Assembly: GCA_001784555.1 (NCBI GenBank)
Contig: MFRM01000020.1
Location: forward strand, 101,733 to 165,732
Length of the DNA: 64,000 nt
Reading direction: 5' to 3'
From: Candidatus Melainabacteria bacterium RIFCSPHIGHO2_02_FULL_34_12
GTDB lineage: Bacteria; Cyanobacteriota; Vampirovibrionia; 2-02-FULL-35-15
In this document: piece by piece, positions 41,376 through 51,091 of the stretch
How positions within the stretch are numbered: the first letter of the stretch is position 1
Layout of the letters: each line of letters begins with the position of its first letter
Program-made: the position numbers and the translations under genes
The notes under the pieces: generated by a model
What the model saw: only the letters and a program-made list of their open reading frames with translations
Databases searched by the model: none
What the model was told of the DNA's origin: nothing

Positions 41376-42194
41376 TTAAGGCGAAAATACCAGCACATTA
41401 TGTAGTGAATTTAAATCTTCAAAAAGTTTAACCTCTATGTATAAATCAGTTGCTTTACTTTTTTTCTTACTTATTCTGATTATTCTTCCTACTGGATGAC
41501 CGGAAGGATAAACAGGATTTAAACCTTTCGATGATATTCCTGATGTTACGACTACATCTCCTAACATTACTTTTGTTCCCACAGGTATAAATTCCAGAAG
41601 GCTAGTTCTATTGTTTTTACCGGACAAAATTCCCATAATGCCTTTTTTTTGAATTTTGCAACCTAGTTTATAGCTGGGATCGGAAATTAGCTGAACAATT
41701 GAAGAATGCTTACCTGCTTCTACAACTTGCCCGACAATTCCTTTTGAAGTTAAAACAGCATCTCCTTGCATTATATTTTCCTGCATGCCTTTATCTAAAA
41801 TTATTTGTTTATGCCAATTGTCTGCGCTTCTTGCAATCACACTTGAGCTTATGGTTTTATAATTTAGCTTTCGCTTTAGATTTAATTGTTCTTTTAGCTT
41901 TTTAGTTTCTTCTACTTCGTTTTCCAGCTCATAGATTTTTGTTTTAAGTATTGAAACTGTATAAGACTTTTCCTTCAGAATATTTTTTGCTTTTATAAGT
42001 TCTTCTAGGCTTGATTTACCATGGGTTATGTTTTCAAATGCACTGTTTGTAACTGAACCAAATGAATAATACAAAAACTCTCCTACTCCTTTTAATGGAC
42101 GTGACAAAACCCAGGCAATAATTAACCATAGTAATAATGTAAAAAGTGTTCTTGGATTGATGCTTTGAATAAATAAGGGCTTTTTTAGAAACAT
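41376..42194 (-). CDS. mreC: Rod shape-determining protein MreC
   Basis: TM + coiled coil, ILDKG, GIVGQV, VVTSG...YP.G.PVG; follows mreB. Confidence 0.92.
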   Translation of the reverse strand: MFLKKPLFIQSINPRTLFTLLLWLIIAWVLSRPLKGVGEFLYYSFGSVTNSAFENITHGKSSLEELIKAKNILKEKSYTVSILKTKIYELENEVEETKKLKEQLNLKRKLNYKTISSSVIARSADNWHKQIILDKGMQENIMQGDAVLTSKGIVGQVVEAGKHSSIVQLISDPSYKLGCKIQKKGIMGILSGKNNRTSLLEFIPVGTKVMLGDVVVTSGISSKGLNPVYPSGHPVGRIIRISKKKSKATDLYIEVKLFEDLNSLHNVLVFSP

Positions 42195-42218
42195 ATCTGT
42201 TTAAAAAAGTTTTACAGA

Positions 42219-43259
42219 CTAATCATATTGGATGGATGCATCCAGTATTCTGCGCAGAGTTTTATCGATTAGTACTTTTCCTGTGCCTACAACCACACAT
42301 GAAAGAGGATCCTCGGCTATATGAACAGGTACTTCGGTTTCATGTGAAATAAGTTCATCCAAACCATGTAACAATGCGCCTCCGCCAGCAATTACTATTC
42401 CACGATCATAAATATCTGCAGCAAGTTCAGGTGGAGTTCTTTCTAAAGTTCTTTTTACTGCTTCAACAATGGCAGCTAAAGGATCCTGCATAGATTCTCT
42501 TACTTCCGGTCTTCCAATAACGACAGTTCTTGGTAAACCGTTAATTAAATTTAAGCCCCGGACTTCTAGCTTTTCGCTGTCTTCGCTTGTTTTAAATGCT
42601 GATCCCAGCCTGAATTTAATTTCTTCTGCTGTTCTTTCTCCTATTGCCAGATTATAAATTTTCTTCATATACTGCATTATGGATTCGTTCAGTTCATCGC
42701 CTGCAACTCTTATTGATTCACTTACAACAATTCCTGAGAGTGATATTACTGCAACTTCAGTAGTGCCTCCGCCAATGTCAACTATCATGCTTCCTATGGG
42801 TTCTGCTACAGGTAGTCCAGCACCGATGGCTGCTGCCATTGGTTCTTCTATCAAATAAACAGGGCCTGCTCCTGCATTTTCAGCTGCTTCCCTTACTGCT
42901 CTTCTTTCAACTTCTGTAATACCTGAAGGGATCCCAATGGCTACCCTGGGTTTGCCTAGAGGTCTTCCTATGTTACTTTTCCCGTTTACTTTGTCTATAA
43001 AATATCTAAGCATCATTTCTGCATGACGAAAATCAGCAATTACTCCGTCTCTTAATGGCCTGGTTGCCACGATATATGAAGGTGTACGACCAATCATGGC
43101 TCTTGCTTCTTCACCTACTGCAAGGACTTCTTTTGTTTCATTATTTACTGCAACTACTGAAGGTTCTCTTAAAACGATTCCTCTGTCAGACGTGCATACG
43201 AGGGTATTTGCTGTTCCTAAATCAATTCCTATATCTCTTGATAATCTTCTCCAAAACAC
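42219..43259 (-). CDS. mreB: Rod shape-determining protein MreB
   Basis: [30 protein letters not shown]. Confidence 0.97.
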   Translation of the reverse strand: MFWRRLSRDIGIDLGTANTLVCTSDRGIVLREPSVVAVNNETKEVLAVGEEARAMIGRTPSYIVATRPLRDGVIADFRHAEMMLRYFIDKVNGKSNIGRPLGKPRVAIGIPSGITEVERRAVREAAENAGAGPVYLIEEPMAAAIGAGLPVAEPIGSMIVDIGGGTTEVAVISLSGIVVSESIRVAGDELNESIMQYMKKIYNLAIGERTAEEIKFRLGSAFKTSEDSEKLEVRGLNLINGLPRTVVIGRPEVRESMQDPLAAIVEAVKRTLERTPPELAADIYDRGIVIAGGGALLHGLDELISHETEVPVHIAEDPLSCVVVGTGKVLIDKTLRRILDASIQYD

Positions 43260-43405
43260 TGTTTTTACTTCCTTACTATTTTTAGTGATTAATTTTATAT
43301 TTGTTTATTTTACTTTTTGTTCAGTGCTTCATGAATGAACATAAGTTATAATCTAGTGTACATTGAATTTCTTTATGTAAGCAACCTAAAAAAGAAGATC
43401 ACTAA

Positions 43406-44278
43406 ATGACATTAAGTCAAGCACTAAGTAATGGAAAATTTATTATTACCTGTGAATTGGCTCCACCAAAAGGTACAGACGTATCGAATCTCATGAAAAT
43501 GGCGTCATCACTTAAAAATCAGGTTGATGCAGTAAATCTTACAGATGGTCAGGGAGGAAATATGAGAATGTCTCCTTTGGCTGCTGCAGTTTTTTTACTT
43601 AAAGAAAATCTGGATGTTATTTGGCAAGTAACTTGTAGGGACAGAAACAGAATTGCACTTCAAGCTGATTGTCTGGGTGCAAGTGCAATAGGAATAAGAA
43701 ATGTTCTGCCTATGCGTGGAGATGATCCAAAGTCCGGAGATCATCCTGATGCAAAACCTGTTTTTGATCTTGAAACCACAGAACTTATAAAAGTTCTAAA
43801 GCAGCTTAATGAAGGTTTTGATATGGTCGGCAATCCACTTAAAGGAAAAACAAATTTATTGTTCGGCTGTACAGCACACCCAAATGCCCCAGATTTAAAA
43901 AAACAAAAAGAAACTTTAGAGGAAAGATTTAAACTTGGAGCAGGTTTTATTCAAACACAAATCTGCTATGAAACTGAACAAATAAAAAAATTTATTGAGT
44001 CATTAGGTGAACTTGCTAAGAAAACCATACTAGGAATTACACCTTTAAAGAGCTTAAAAATGGCAAACTTCATGAATGAAAAAGTCTTCGGTGTTTCAGT
44101 TCCTAAAAATATTATGGAAAGAATTGAAAAGGCTGGCGAGCAAAGAGCAGAAGGCCTTCTCGTAGCAAAAGAAATTGTAAATGAAATTAAAAAAACTAAT
44201 ATTGGTGGTATTCATGTTATGGCTGTAGGACAGGAAAATGCTCTGCCTGAAATTATAAAGTTTTTAACTGATACATAA
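43406..44278 (+). CDS. metF: Methylenetetrahydrofolate reductase
   Basis: ITCELAPPKG, TCRDRNRIALQ, GDDP, FIQTQ. Confidence 0.88.
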   Translation: MTLSQALSNGKFIITCELAPPKGTDVSNLMKMASSLKNQVDAVNLTDGQGGNMRMSPLAAAVFLLKENLDVIWQVTCRDRNRIALQADCLGASAIGIRNVLPMRGDDPKSGDHPDAKPVFDLETTELIKVLKQLNEGFDMVGNPLKGKTNLLFGCTAHPNAPDLKKQKETLEERFKLGAGFIQTQICYETEQIKKFIESLGELAKKTILGITPLKSLKMANFMNEKVFGVSVPKNIMERIEKAGEQRAEGLLVAKEIVNEIKKTNIGGIHVMAVGQENALPEIIKFLTDT

Positions 44279-44373
44279 CCTTTCTTTTTAGGTCGGTTGG
44301 GGTTGCCCCTAAGTAATGAACCTTAAGAAAGTGAATATTTAAGTATGAAAATCAGTTTAATTTGGATGAGGAT

Positions 44374-44586
44374 ATGAGATTTCTTACTTTCTTATTAGTG
44401 TTATTTTCAGCTTTTTTATACTTAAGCATTATGCCTTCATATGCTGAAGATCCTGAAGATCCTTGCGTTGAAAAATGTAAAAGTGCAGAATATAGTTCCG
44501 GGCATATAAGTGAAGAAGGAACTAGTAGCTGTAATGAAAATGAAGATGTAGTGGAAACAATTTGTTGTTGCAGTCCAAAAAAATAA
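44374..44586 (+). CDS. Small secreted cysteine-rich protein (CxxxC...C...CCC), copy 1
   Basis: GAGG RBS, signal peptide ending SYA, six Cys; paralogue directly downstream. Confidence 0.75.
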   Translation: MRFLTFLLVLFSAFLYLSIMPSYAEDPEDPCVEKCKSAEYSSGHISEEGTSSCNENEDVVETICCCSPKK

Positions 44587-44611
44587 GTTAGCTTAATAAA
44601 GCGGAGGAAAA

Positions 44612-44827
44612 ATGTCAAAAGTTATAGGAATAATTTTAACGGTAGTTATGATCTTTACATGGACTTATTCTCCAACATTTGCTGAAGATTCTACTGATGA
44701 ATTGTGTAATCAGTTTTGTACGGATAAAGAAAAATTTGAAACAAAATATAAATCAGGCAAAATGAAACCTGTAGATGGTAAATGTGCAGAAGGTGAAGAA
44801 GAACAAGATCTTTGCTGTTGTAAATAG
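44612..44827 (+). CDS. Small secreted cysteine-rich protein (CxxxC...C...CCC), copy 2
   Basis: GGAGG RBS, signal peptide ending TFA, same Cys pattern as copy 1. Confidence 0.8.
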   Translation: MSKVIGIILTVVMIFTWTYSPTFAEDSTDELCNQFCTDKEKFETKYKSGKMKPVDGKCAEGEEEQDLCCCK

Positions 44828-44850
44828 TTAGGTTATATCTGAAATATAAT

Positions 44851-44880
44851 ATAGGGGGCATGCTATAGCATGCCCCCTAC
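44851..44880. repeat. GTAG-type palindrome upstream of recR
   Basis: Perfect core TAGGGGGCATGCTA|TAGCATGCCCCCTA (44852-44879). Confidence 0.85.
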
Positions 44881-44933
44881 GTGTTTTTCCTGATAAAATG
44901 TTCTACTGAACAGGAGAAGGGTTATGGACTAAA

Positions 44934-45530
44934 ATGAAATATACAAAACCATTATTAAAACTGATAGAAGAATTCCAAAAATTCCCCGGAGTAGGTCCAA
45001 AATCAGCCCAGAGAATGGCATTTCATGTGTTAAATCAAGATATACAGCAAATCGAAGAATTTTCAAAAGTAATTCTGGCTGCAAAAACCCAGATTAAAAA
45101 ATGTTCTGTTTGTAAAAACTTAAGTGCGGATGATCCTTGTGAAATTTGCTCTGCCTCAAGCAGGGATAAGAAAATTATTTGCGTGGTTTCTGAATCTAAG
45201 GCTCTGATTGCCATAGAAAGAACCAATGAATTTAAAGGTGCATATCATGTGCTTGGCGGTTTAATTTCACCCATAGACGGCATAGGTCCTGATAACCTTA
45301 CTATAAAAGATTTATTAAGCAGACTTGGAAAAAATGAGGTAAGAGAAGTAATAGTTGCACTGGATACAAGCATAGAAGGAGAAGCTACTACTTTATATTT
45401 ACATAGGCTCCTTTCTCCTTTATGCAGTAAAATTACCCGTCTTGGTTTTGGTTTAGCTGTGGGTACTGAGCTGGAATATGCTGATGAGTTAACACTGGCA
45501 AGGGCACTAGAGAATAGAACGGAAATTTAA
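44934..45530 (+). CDS. recR: Recombination protein RecR
   Basis: PGVGPKSAQR, C4 zinc finger, YHVLGG.ISP.DG, EGEAT. Confidence 0.96.
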   Translation: MKYTKPLLKLIEEFQKFPGVGPKSAQRMAFHVLNQDIQQIEEFSKVILAAKTQIKKCSVCKNLSADDPCEICSASSRDKKIICVVSESKALIAIERTNEFKGAYHVLGGLISPIDGIGPDNLTIKDLLSRLGKNEVREVIVALDTSIEGEATTLYLHRLLSPLCSKITRLGFGLAVGTELEYADELTLARALENRTEI

Positions 45531-45550
45531 TGTTGTATTATTGATCTGAT

Positions 45551-46381
45551 ATGAAAACAGTAAAACTAAAAAACATAACATGGGGCGACGGAGAAGCATT
45601 ACCGTTAATTGCAGGTCCTTGTGTTATTGAAAATCGTGACATTGTTTTTAGAACTGCAGAAAAATTAAAAACCATCTGCACTAAACTAAAAATACCTTTT
45701 ATTTTTAAATCATCATATGATAAAGCAAATCGCACATCTATAGACAGCTTTAGAGGACATGGAATAGAAGAAGGACTTACGATATTAAATGAAGTAAAAA
45801 AACAGTTTGATGTTTTTGTTTTATCTGATGTTCATGAAATTAGTGAAATTAATCTTGTAAAAGATGTTCTGGATATTATTCAGATACCTGCGTTTTTATG
45901 CAGACAGACTAATTTAATCGTAGAAGCTGCTAAAACCGGTAAGGTCGTAAACATTAAAAAGGGGCAATTCCTGGCACCTGACGATGTAGTTAACATAGTA
46001 AAAAAAGCATATGCCGTTGGGAATGAAAATATACTTATGACTGAAAGAGGAACTACATTTGGTTACCATAATCTAGTGGTAGACATGAGAACTTTTGACA
46101 TTATTCATAAATCAGGCATTCCTGTAATTTTTGATTCTACACATTCAGTTCAATTACCTGGCGGTGGCGGAGATAAGTCATCCGGACAAAGAGAGTTTAT
46201 TCCTTCATTACTTAAAGCTGCAGTTGCTGCAGGATGTGATGGCATCTTTATGGAAACGCATCCAGACCCGGATTCAGCCTTAAGTGACGGGCCTAATATG
46301 ATGCCGCTGGATAAGGTGGAAGATTTACTTAGAGATGCACTCAGGATAAAAGAAGTATTAAAAAAGACCAGTGTCAGATAA
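45551..46381 (+). CDS. kdsA: KDO-8-phosphate synthase
   Basis: IAGPCVIE, DKANRTS, PAFLCRQT, DSTHSVQ. Confidence 0.96.
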   Translation: MKTVKLKNITWGDGEALPLIAGPCVIENRDIVFRTAEKLKTICTKLKIPFIFKSSYDKANRTSIDSFRGHGIEEGLTILNEVKKQFDVFVLSDVHEISEINLVKDVLDIIQIPAFLCRQTNLIVEAAKTGKVVNIKKGQFLAPDDVVNIVKKAYAVGNENILMTERGTTFGYHNLVVDMRTFDIIHKSGIPVIFDSTHSVQLPGGGGDKSSGQREFIPSLLKAAVAAGCDGIFMETHPDPDSALSDGPNMMPLDKVEDLLRDALRIKEVLKKTSVR

Positions 46382-47114
46382 GAATATCCAAAACTCAGAG
46401 CCAATAGTTATGGTCAGAAACCTGACTAAGTCTTTTGGTAAAAAGAAAGTTCTGGATAATGTAAGCTTTAATATATATCAGAACGAAATTGTTTTAATAA
46501 TAGGATTTTCCGGAACGGGTAAGTCTACGTTGCTTAAATTAATATGCGGACTTGAAGAACCTGATTCAGGTGAAGTTATTTTAAAAACTGATCACCTGGG
46601 AATGGTTTTTCAGGGAGCAGCTTTATTTGACTCGATGACGGTTTTTGAGAATATTGCTTTTCCTCTTGTTAATCAGACTAAGAAAATTTCTGCTGATGAA
46701 ATAAATACTAAAGTAATGGAAAAATTAAAAATGGTTGGTTTGTCTGAAGTGGAAAATTTGCGACCTGATGAGCTGTCAGGAGGTATGAAAAAACGAGTTG
46801 GTTTTGCCCGGGCAATCATTAATAATCCTAAGGTTATTCTTTATGATGAACCTACCGGTGGTCTGGATCCAGTAGTTTCAAATGTAATCGTGGATTATAT
46901 TTTAAAGCTTCAGAAAGAATTAAATGCTTCAAGTATTTTAGTTACTCATAATTTAAATGTTATAAAGAAAATTCCAGCCCGTGTTATTTTAATTTATGAT
47001 GCTCAAATAGTCTGGGAAGGAAATTCTTCGGAATTATTTAGCTCAGACGACCCATATGCAAAACAATTCCGTGAAGGTGCAGCAAAAGGTCCTATGGTGG
47101 TTATAAAGGAATAG
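46371..47114 (+). CDS. ABC transporter ATP-binding protein (MlaF/Ttg2A-like)
   Basis: GFSGTGKST, FQGAALFDS, LSGGMKKRV, YDEPT. Confidence 0.9.
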   Translation: MSDKNIQNSEPIVMVRNLTKSFGKKKVLDNVSFNIYQNEIVLIIGFSGTGKSTLLKLICGLEEPDSGEVILKTDHLGMVFQGAALFDSMTVFENIAFPLVNQTKKISADEINTKVMEKLKMVGLSEVENLRPDELSGGMKKRVGFARAIINNPKVILYDEPTGGLDPVVSNVIVDYILKLQKELNASSILVTHNLNVIKKIPARVILIYDAQIVWEGNSSELFSSDDPYAKQFREGAAKGPMVVIKE

Positions 47115-47115
47115 T

Positions 47116-47784
47116 TTAATTAAACCTATCTCCTGCTGCCACAGTTAATCCTGTAATTTTAATTTCTGGATAAGTTTCATGTATGGTTTTTGAGAGTTCA
47201 CATAAGGTACTTCCTGAAGTCAGGATATCATCGATTAATAAAATGCTTTTTGTCGGCACGAAGTTTCTAGTTAATTCAAATGCGTCTTTAATATTTTTTT
47301 GTCTTTCTTCCAGATTTTCAAGCTTGTTCATGAAGCTTGTTTCTTTTTTTCTTATCACAAAATTATCTATAAACTTTAATAACTGCAATTTTGCAAATTC
47401 TTCTGCAATTAAAGAAGTTTGACAATATCCTCTTTCTTTTATTCTTTTTTTGCTGGAAGGAACTGCTATAACTATGGCCCCCTTAGTAATGCTTGAAATA
47501 TTGATTTCATTCCAAAAGCCATGAATCTTTTGAGCAAAATATTTTGCCAGTTTCTTTTTTCCGTTTTTTAGTTCTATTATTCCGGATCTTAAATTACCTT
47601 CATAGTATCCCCAACTGAATATTTCTAAATTATATTCTTTAAATGACTTTAAGTGGTTTTCTTTTCTTTCCAGGAAACTACTCTCGCAATTTAAACATAC
47701 GAATAAATCTTTTGCTCCCTGATTACATACAAGACATGAGTTCTCGTAAATTAAGTGAAAAAAATTTGACAGGAAATGTGCCAT
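47116..47784 (-). CDS. comF: ComF family phosphoribosyltransferase-like protein
   Basis: CxxC...CxxC, ERGY.Q, LIDDILTSGST. Confidence 0.85.
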   Translation of the reverse strand: MAHFLSNFFHLIYENSCLVCNQGAKDLFVCLNCESSFLERKENHLKSFKEYNLEIFSWGYYEGNLRSGIIELKNGKKKLAKYFAQKIHGFWNEINISSITKGAIVIAVPSSKKRIKERGYCQTSLIAEEFAKLQLLKFIDNFVIRKKETSFMNKLENLEERQKNIKDAFELTRNFVPTKSILLIDDILTSGSTLCELSKTIHETYPEIKITGLTVAAGDRFN

Positions 47785-47832
47785 AGCATAAATAATTATA
47801 TTAAATAGGTATTAATTACAATTACTGGCTGT

Positions 47833-48486
47833 TTAAGAGTTCTGTGATTTTTTGCTGTGTTCTGAAAGTCTCTTTAGGACTTGCATTAAGGATTCAATTT
47901 CATCTGAAAATGCAAGGGTTAATTCCTGTCCAGTCTTAAGCAGATAGTTATAATCATTACTTCTAAGCTTATACCCAGCAGTAATAAGGTCGATTAAGAT
48001 ATCTGGCTTCAACTGGTTTTTTTTAATTACATTAATCAAATTTGAAAAGTTTTCAGTTAACCTAAGAATATCTTTTTCATTTATTTCATATACAAAATCA
48101 TGAATTGCCATTGGTTTTAAGGGGGTATACAGCAATATTTCCTCATCTTTTTCCCCATAAGCAAATAAGTAAATCTCAAGTTCTTTTCTTAAGAGTTCAT
48201 AGACTTGCGGCTGAAGCTCGGCAAGTTGTTTGTAATTTAAACCAAGTGCTGAGGGTTTGTGAATGTTGTCCAGGCTTGAGTTATTGATTTTTGTTATGAG
48301 TCCGTAAGATGCATGGGAATTGTCATACGAGCTTGCTATTTTAGCGATGGATCCTCTGAAGATGCCTTTTTTATGAGCTTTAGAGTTTGATTCTTTATAG
48401 CACTGAGCAATAACCATTTCACTGGTGGAATATATTACCTCGGCAAACGGCTCATCAACAGGTTTTTGGGTGGCTATCAAAGTCAT
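47833..48486 (-). CDS. HAS-barrel-like protein
   Basis: AEVI, AQCY, HKPSALGL...L...QPQ..ELL resemble cyanobacterial HAS-barrel proteins (recognised from memory). Confidence 0.6.
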   Translation of the reverse strand: MTLIATQKPVDEPFAEVIYSTSEMVIAQCYKESNSKAHKKGIFRGSIAKIASSYDNSHASYGLITKINNSSLDNIHKPSALGLNYKQLAELQPQVYELLRKELEIYLFAYGEKDEEILLYTPLKPMAIHDFVYEINEKDILRLTENFSNLINVIKKNQLKPDILIDLITAGYKLRSNDYNYLLKTGQELTLAFSDEIESLMQVLKRLSEHSKKSQNS

Positions 48487-48674
48487 TCTTATAATGTAAC
48501 AGATTTAAAACTATTGTGCAAAATTTTTGAAGACACTCTTGACTAAGATTACAATGTTTGTCATACTTCAATGTGGTTATTGGACATCCCAATTAAACCC
48601 TGATAAACAAAGGCTTTTAAAAACAGCAAACAGTTTTTAAAGGCCTGTAAAATACAAACAAGGAGGATCTTTAA

Positions 48675-49043
48675 ATGAATAAATCAGAATTGATAGATGC
48701 AGTTTCAAGAGCAACTGGACTGTCAAAAGCAGATGTAGATCGTGCACTAAAAGGTACTATCTATAATATTTCAGCAGCACTTGCACGTGGAGAAAAAGTC
48801 ACATTCGTAGGCTTTGGTACTTTTGAAAGACGCCAAAGAAAAGCAAGAATGGGCGTTAATCCACAAAGACCTACTGAAAAAATTAAGATTCCTGCAAAGA
48901 AAGCTCCAGCATTTTCTGCAGGTTCTGAATTAAAAGCAGCAGTAGCAAGCGGCAGATGCCCAAAGTTAACTGTTGAAGCTAAAAAGCCAACGATTTCTAA
49001 ATCAAAGACTAATTCAAAGAAGTCTGGCAAAAGAAGCAGATAA
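48675..49043 (+). CDS. hup: DNA-binding protein HU with basic C-terminal tail
   Basis: MNKSELI, GFGTF, GVNPQ, P.F.AG; AGGAGG RBS. Confidence 0.95.
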   Translation: MNKSELIDAVSRATGLSKADVDRALKGTIYNISAALARGEKVTFVGFGTFERRQRKARMGVNPQRPTEKIKIPAKKAPAFSAGSELKAAVASGRCPKLTVEAKKPTISKSKTNSKKSGKRSR

Positions 49044-49063
49044 AGTTAATTGACGATATACAT

Positions 49064-49100
49064 AAGAGGGGTTTTGATTAATCAAAATCCCTCTTTCTTT
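49064..49100 (+). terminator. Intrinsic terminator after HU
   Basis: agaggggttttgat/atcaaaatccctct hairpin followed by T-rich run. Confidence 0.7.
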
Positions 49101-49117
49101 TATATACTTTTATAGTT

Positions 49118-49573
49118 ATGGAAAAGGAAAATAAAAAAATTGCAATTGGAGCAGATCATGCAGGCTTCGAATTAAAAGAAAAAATAAAAAATGTTTTACA
49201 TGAAATGGGATATGAAGTTGTTGATCTGGGAACTAATTCTACTGATTCAGTTGATTATCCTTTAATAGCAAAATCAGTTGCAACTCATGTTGCAGGAAAA
49301 AATCCTGATAAAGGAATATTAATTTGTGGAACCGGCATTGGAATGTCTATTGCTGCAAATAAAGTCAGAGGAATTATTGCAGCTAATTGTTACGATGCAG
49401 AAACTGCAAAATTATCCAGACAGCACAATAATTCAAACATTCTTACTTTAGGAGGAAGAACTACTACGTTTGATACTGCTAAGGATATAGTTAAGGTATG
49501 GCTTGAGACTGATTTTGAAGGTGGAAGACACCAAAGACGTATCCAGGAAATAAGAGACCTTGAAAAAAAATAA
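49118..49573 (+). CDS. rpiB: Ribose-5-phosphate isomerase B
   Basis: GADHAG, DYP, CGTGIGMSIAANK, FEGGRH. Confidence 0.95.
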   Translation: MEKENKKIAIGADHAGFELKEKIKNVLHEMGYEVVDLGTNSTDSVDYPLIAKSVATHVAGKNPDKGILICGTGIGMSIAANKVRGIIAANCYDAETAKLSRQHNNSNILTLGGRTTTFDTAKDIVKVWLETDFEGGRHQRRIQEIRDLEKK

Positions 49574-49603
49574 GTAAGGGTAAACTATCTGCCCAATAAA
49601 AAA

Positions 49604-50515
49604 ATGAAAAAAAAAGCATTAATTACCGGTGGAGCTGGATTTATAGGATCTCATGTAAAAGACGAGCTTAAAAAATTAAATTTTGAGATTTTATCTGTAG
49701 GAAGAAATAAAAAAGAAGATGTTCAAGCTGATTTTAAGGCTCCAGAATTTAAAAATATAATTTTAGATTTTATGCCTGATGTTGTATGTCACTTTGGAAG
49801 CGGTTCAAATATAGCAAGAGCAGAAGAAAATAAAGAAAAAGAATTTGAAGATACTGTTCTGTCTACTCAAGTTCTTATTAAATATCTGCTTGAATTAAAA
49901 AAGAAACCTGAAAAAATAATATATTTATCTACTCAGGCAGTCTATGGATGTTCAGATATTCTGTCTGTAGGCGAATCACATGAAGTTAAACCAGTTACTG
50001 CATATGGTGAAAATAAACTTAAAGCAGAAAATATAATAATTAACAGTAATCTTAATTACATTATTTTTAGGATATCCAGTGTTTATGGAGCCACTCAGGA
50101 TTATTTAAAATCAGGTGTCATTGCAAAGTTTGTTAACCGAATGAAAAATAATCAAAGCCCTATAGTATTTAACAGTATTGATAATTTTTCAGATTTTATT
50201 TATATCGATGATGTTGTAAATGGCATTATGAAAGGGATTACTTCAGGTGATGAAGTAAAAAATGAGATTTTTAATTTAGCTTCAGGTAAGCCAACTACCT
50301 TAAGAGAAGTCCTGGATATTTTATATGGTTATTTCCCTTCTGTTTTACAACCAGAACTTCAAATTAATACCTTATATCCTGGGAAAAACAGTAAAGGAAT
50401 TTATCTGGATATTAAGAAGATTAAGTCTAAGTTACAATGGGATTGCAAATATAATATAGAAGATGGATTAGCTAGCATGCTGAAAACCATGTCCCTTCTT
50501 GAAAATGTCAGATAA
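49604..50515 (+). CDS. NAD-dependent epimerase/dehydratase
   Basis: ITGGAGFIG, YxxxK (YGENK). Confidence 0.88.
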   Translation: MKKKALITGGAGFIGSHVKDELKKLNFEILSVGRNKKEDVQADFKAPEFKNIILDFMPDVVCHFGSGSNIARAEENKEKEFEDTVLSTQVLIKYLLELKKKPEKIIYLSTQAVYGCSDILSVGESHEVKPVTAYGENKLKAENIIINSNLNYIIFRISSVYGATQDYLKSGVIAKFVNRMKNNQSPIVFNSIDNFSDFIYIDDVVNGIMKGITSGDEVKNEIFNLASGKPTTLREVLDILYGYFPSVLQPELQINTLYPGKNSKGIYLDIKKIKSKLQWDCKYNIEDGLASMLKTMSLLENVR

Positions 50516-50518
50516 AAT

Positions 50519-51091
50519 ATGAGTTTGTTTTTTAAAAGAATTATCGATGTAATTTTTTCCATGATTGGGATTTTAATTTTTTTGCTTTTGTGGATAATTA
50601 TTACTTTTCTTATTAAACTTGATTCCAGAGGTCCGGTTTTTTATAGGCATCTGAGAGTTGGAAAAGATGGCAAAGAGTTTGTATGTTTTAAATTCAGATC
50701 AATGAGAGTTAATTCTGACCAAAATAAACTTGTAAGTGATCCAAAAGATGATAGAGTAACTAGGACTGGATATCTTTTAAGAAAAACCAGTCTGGATGAA
50801 ACTCCACAACTCATAAATGTTTTAATCGGAGATATGTCTGTAGTAGGACCCAGACCTGCATTGCCTTCTCAGGTAAAAGAATTCTCCGGGAGTGATTTTG
50901 ATAAACTTCTTGTAAAACCTGGACTTACCGGCTGGACTCAGGTAAACGGAAGAAACTCAATACCGTATGAAAAAAGACTGGAGCTGGATGGATGGTATGC
51001 AAAAAACTGGAATTTATTACTTGATTTAAGGATTCTCTTTAAGACATTATTTGTTTTATTGAAGCAGGAAGGAATATATGATGTTAAATAA
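50519..51091 (+). CDS. Polyprenyl-phosphate phosphoglycosyl (sugar) transferase
   Basis: KRIID, KFRSM, SLDETPQ, GDMSVVGPRP, PGLTGW. Confidence 0.92.
   Translation: MSLFFKRIIDVIFSMIGILIFLLLWIIITFLIKLDSRGPVFYRHLRVGKDGKEFVCFKFRSMRVNSDQNKLVSDPKDDRVTRTGYLLRKTSLDETPQLINVLIGDMSVVGPRPALPSQVKEFSGSDFDKLLVKPGLTGWTQVNGRNSIPYEKRLELDGWYAKNWNLLLDLRILFKTLFVLLKQEGIYDVK

Noticed and set aside
48611..48646. Hairpin in the HU 5' region
   Set aside because: AT-rich single stem, plausibly an ordinary mRNA-stabilising structure; no further support.
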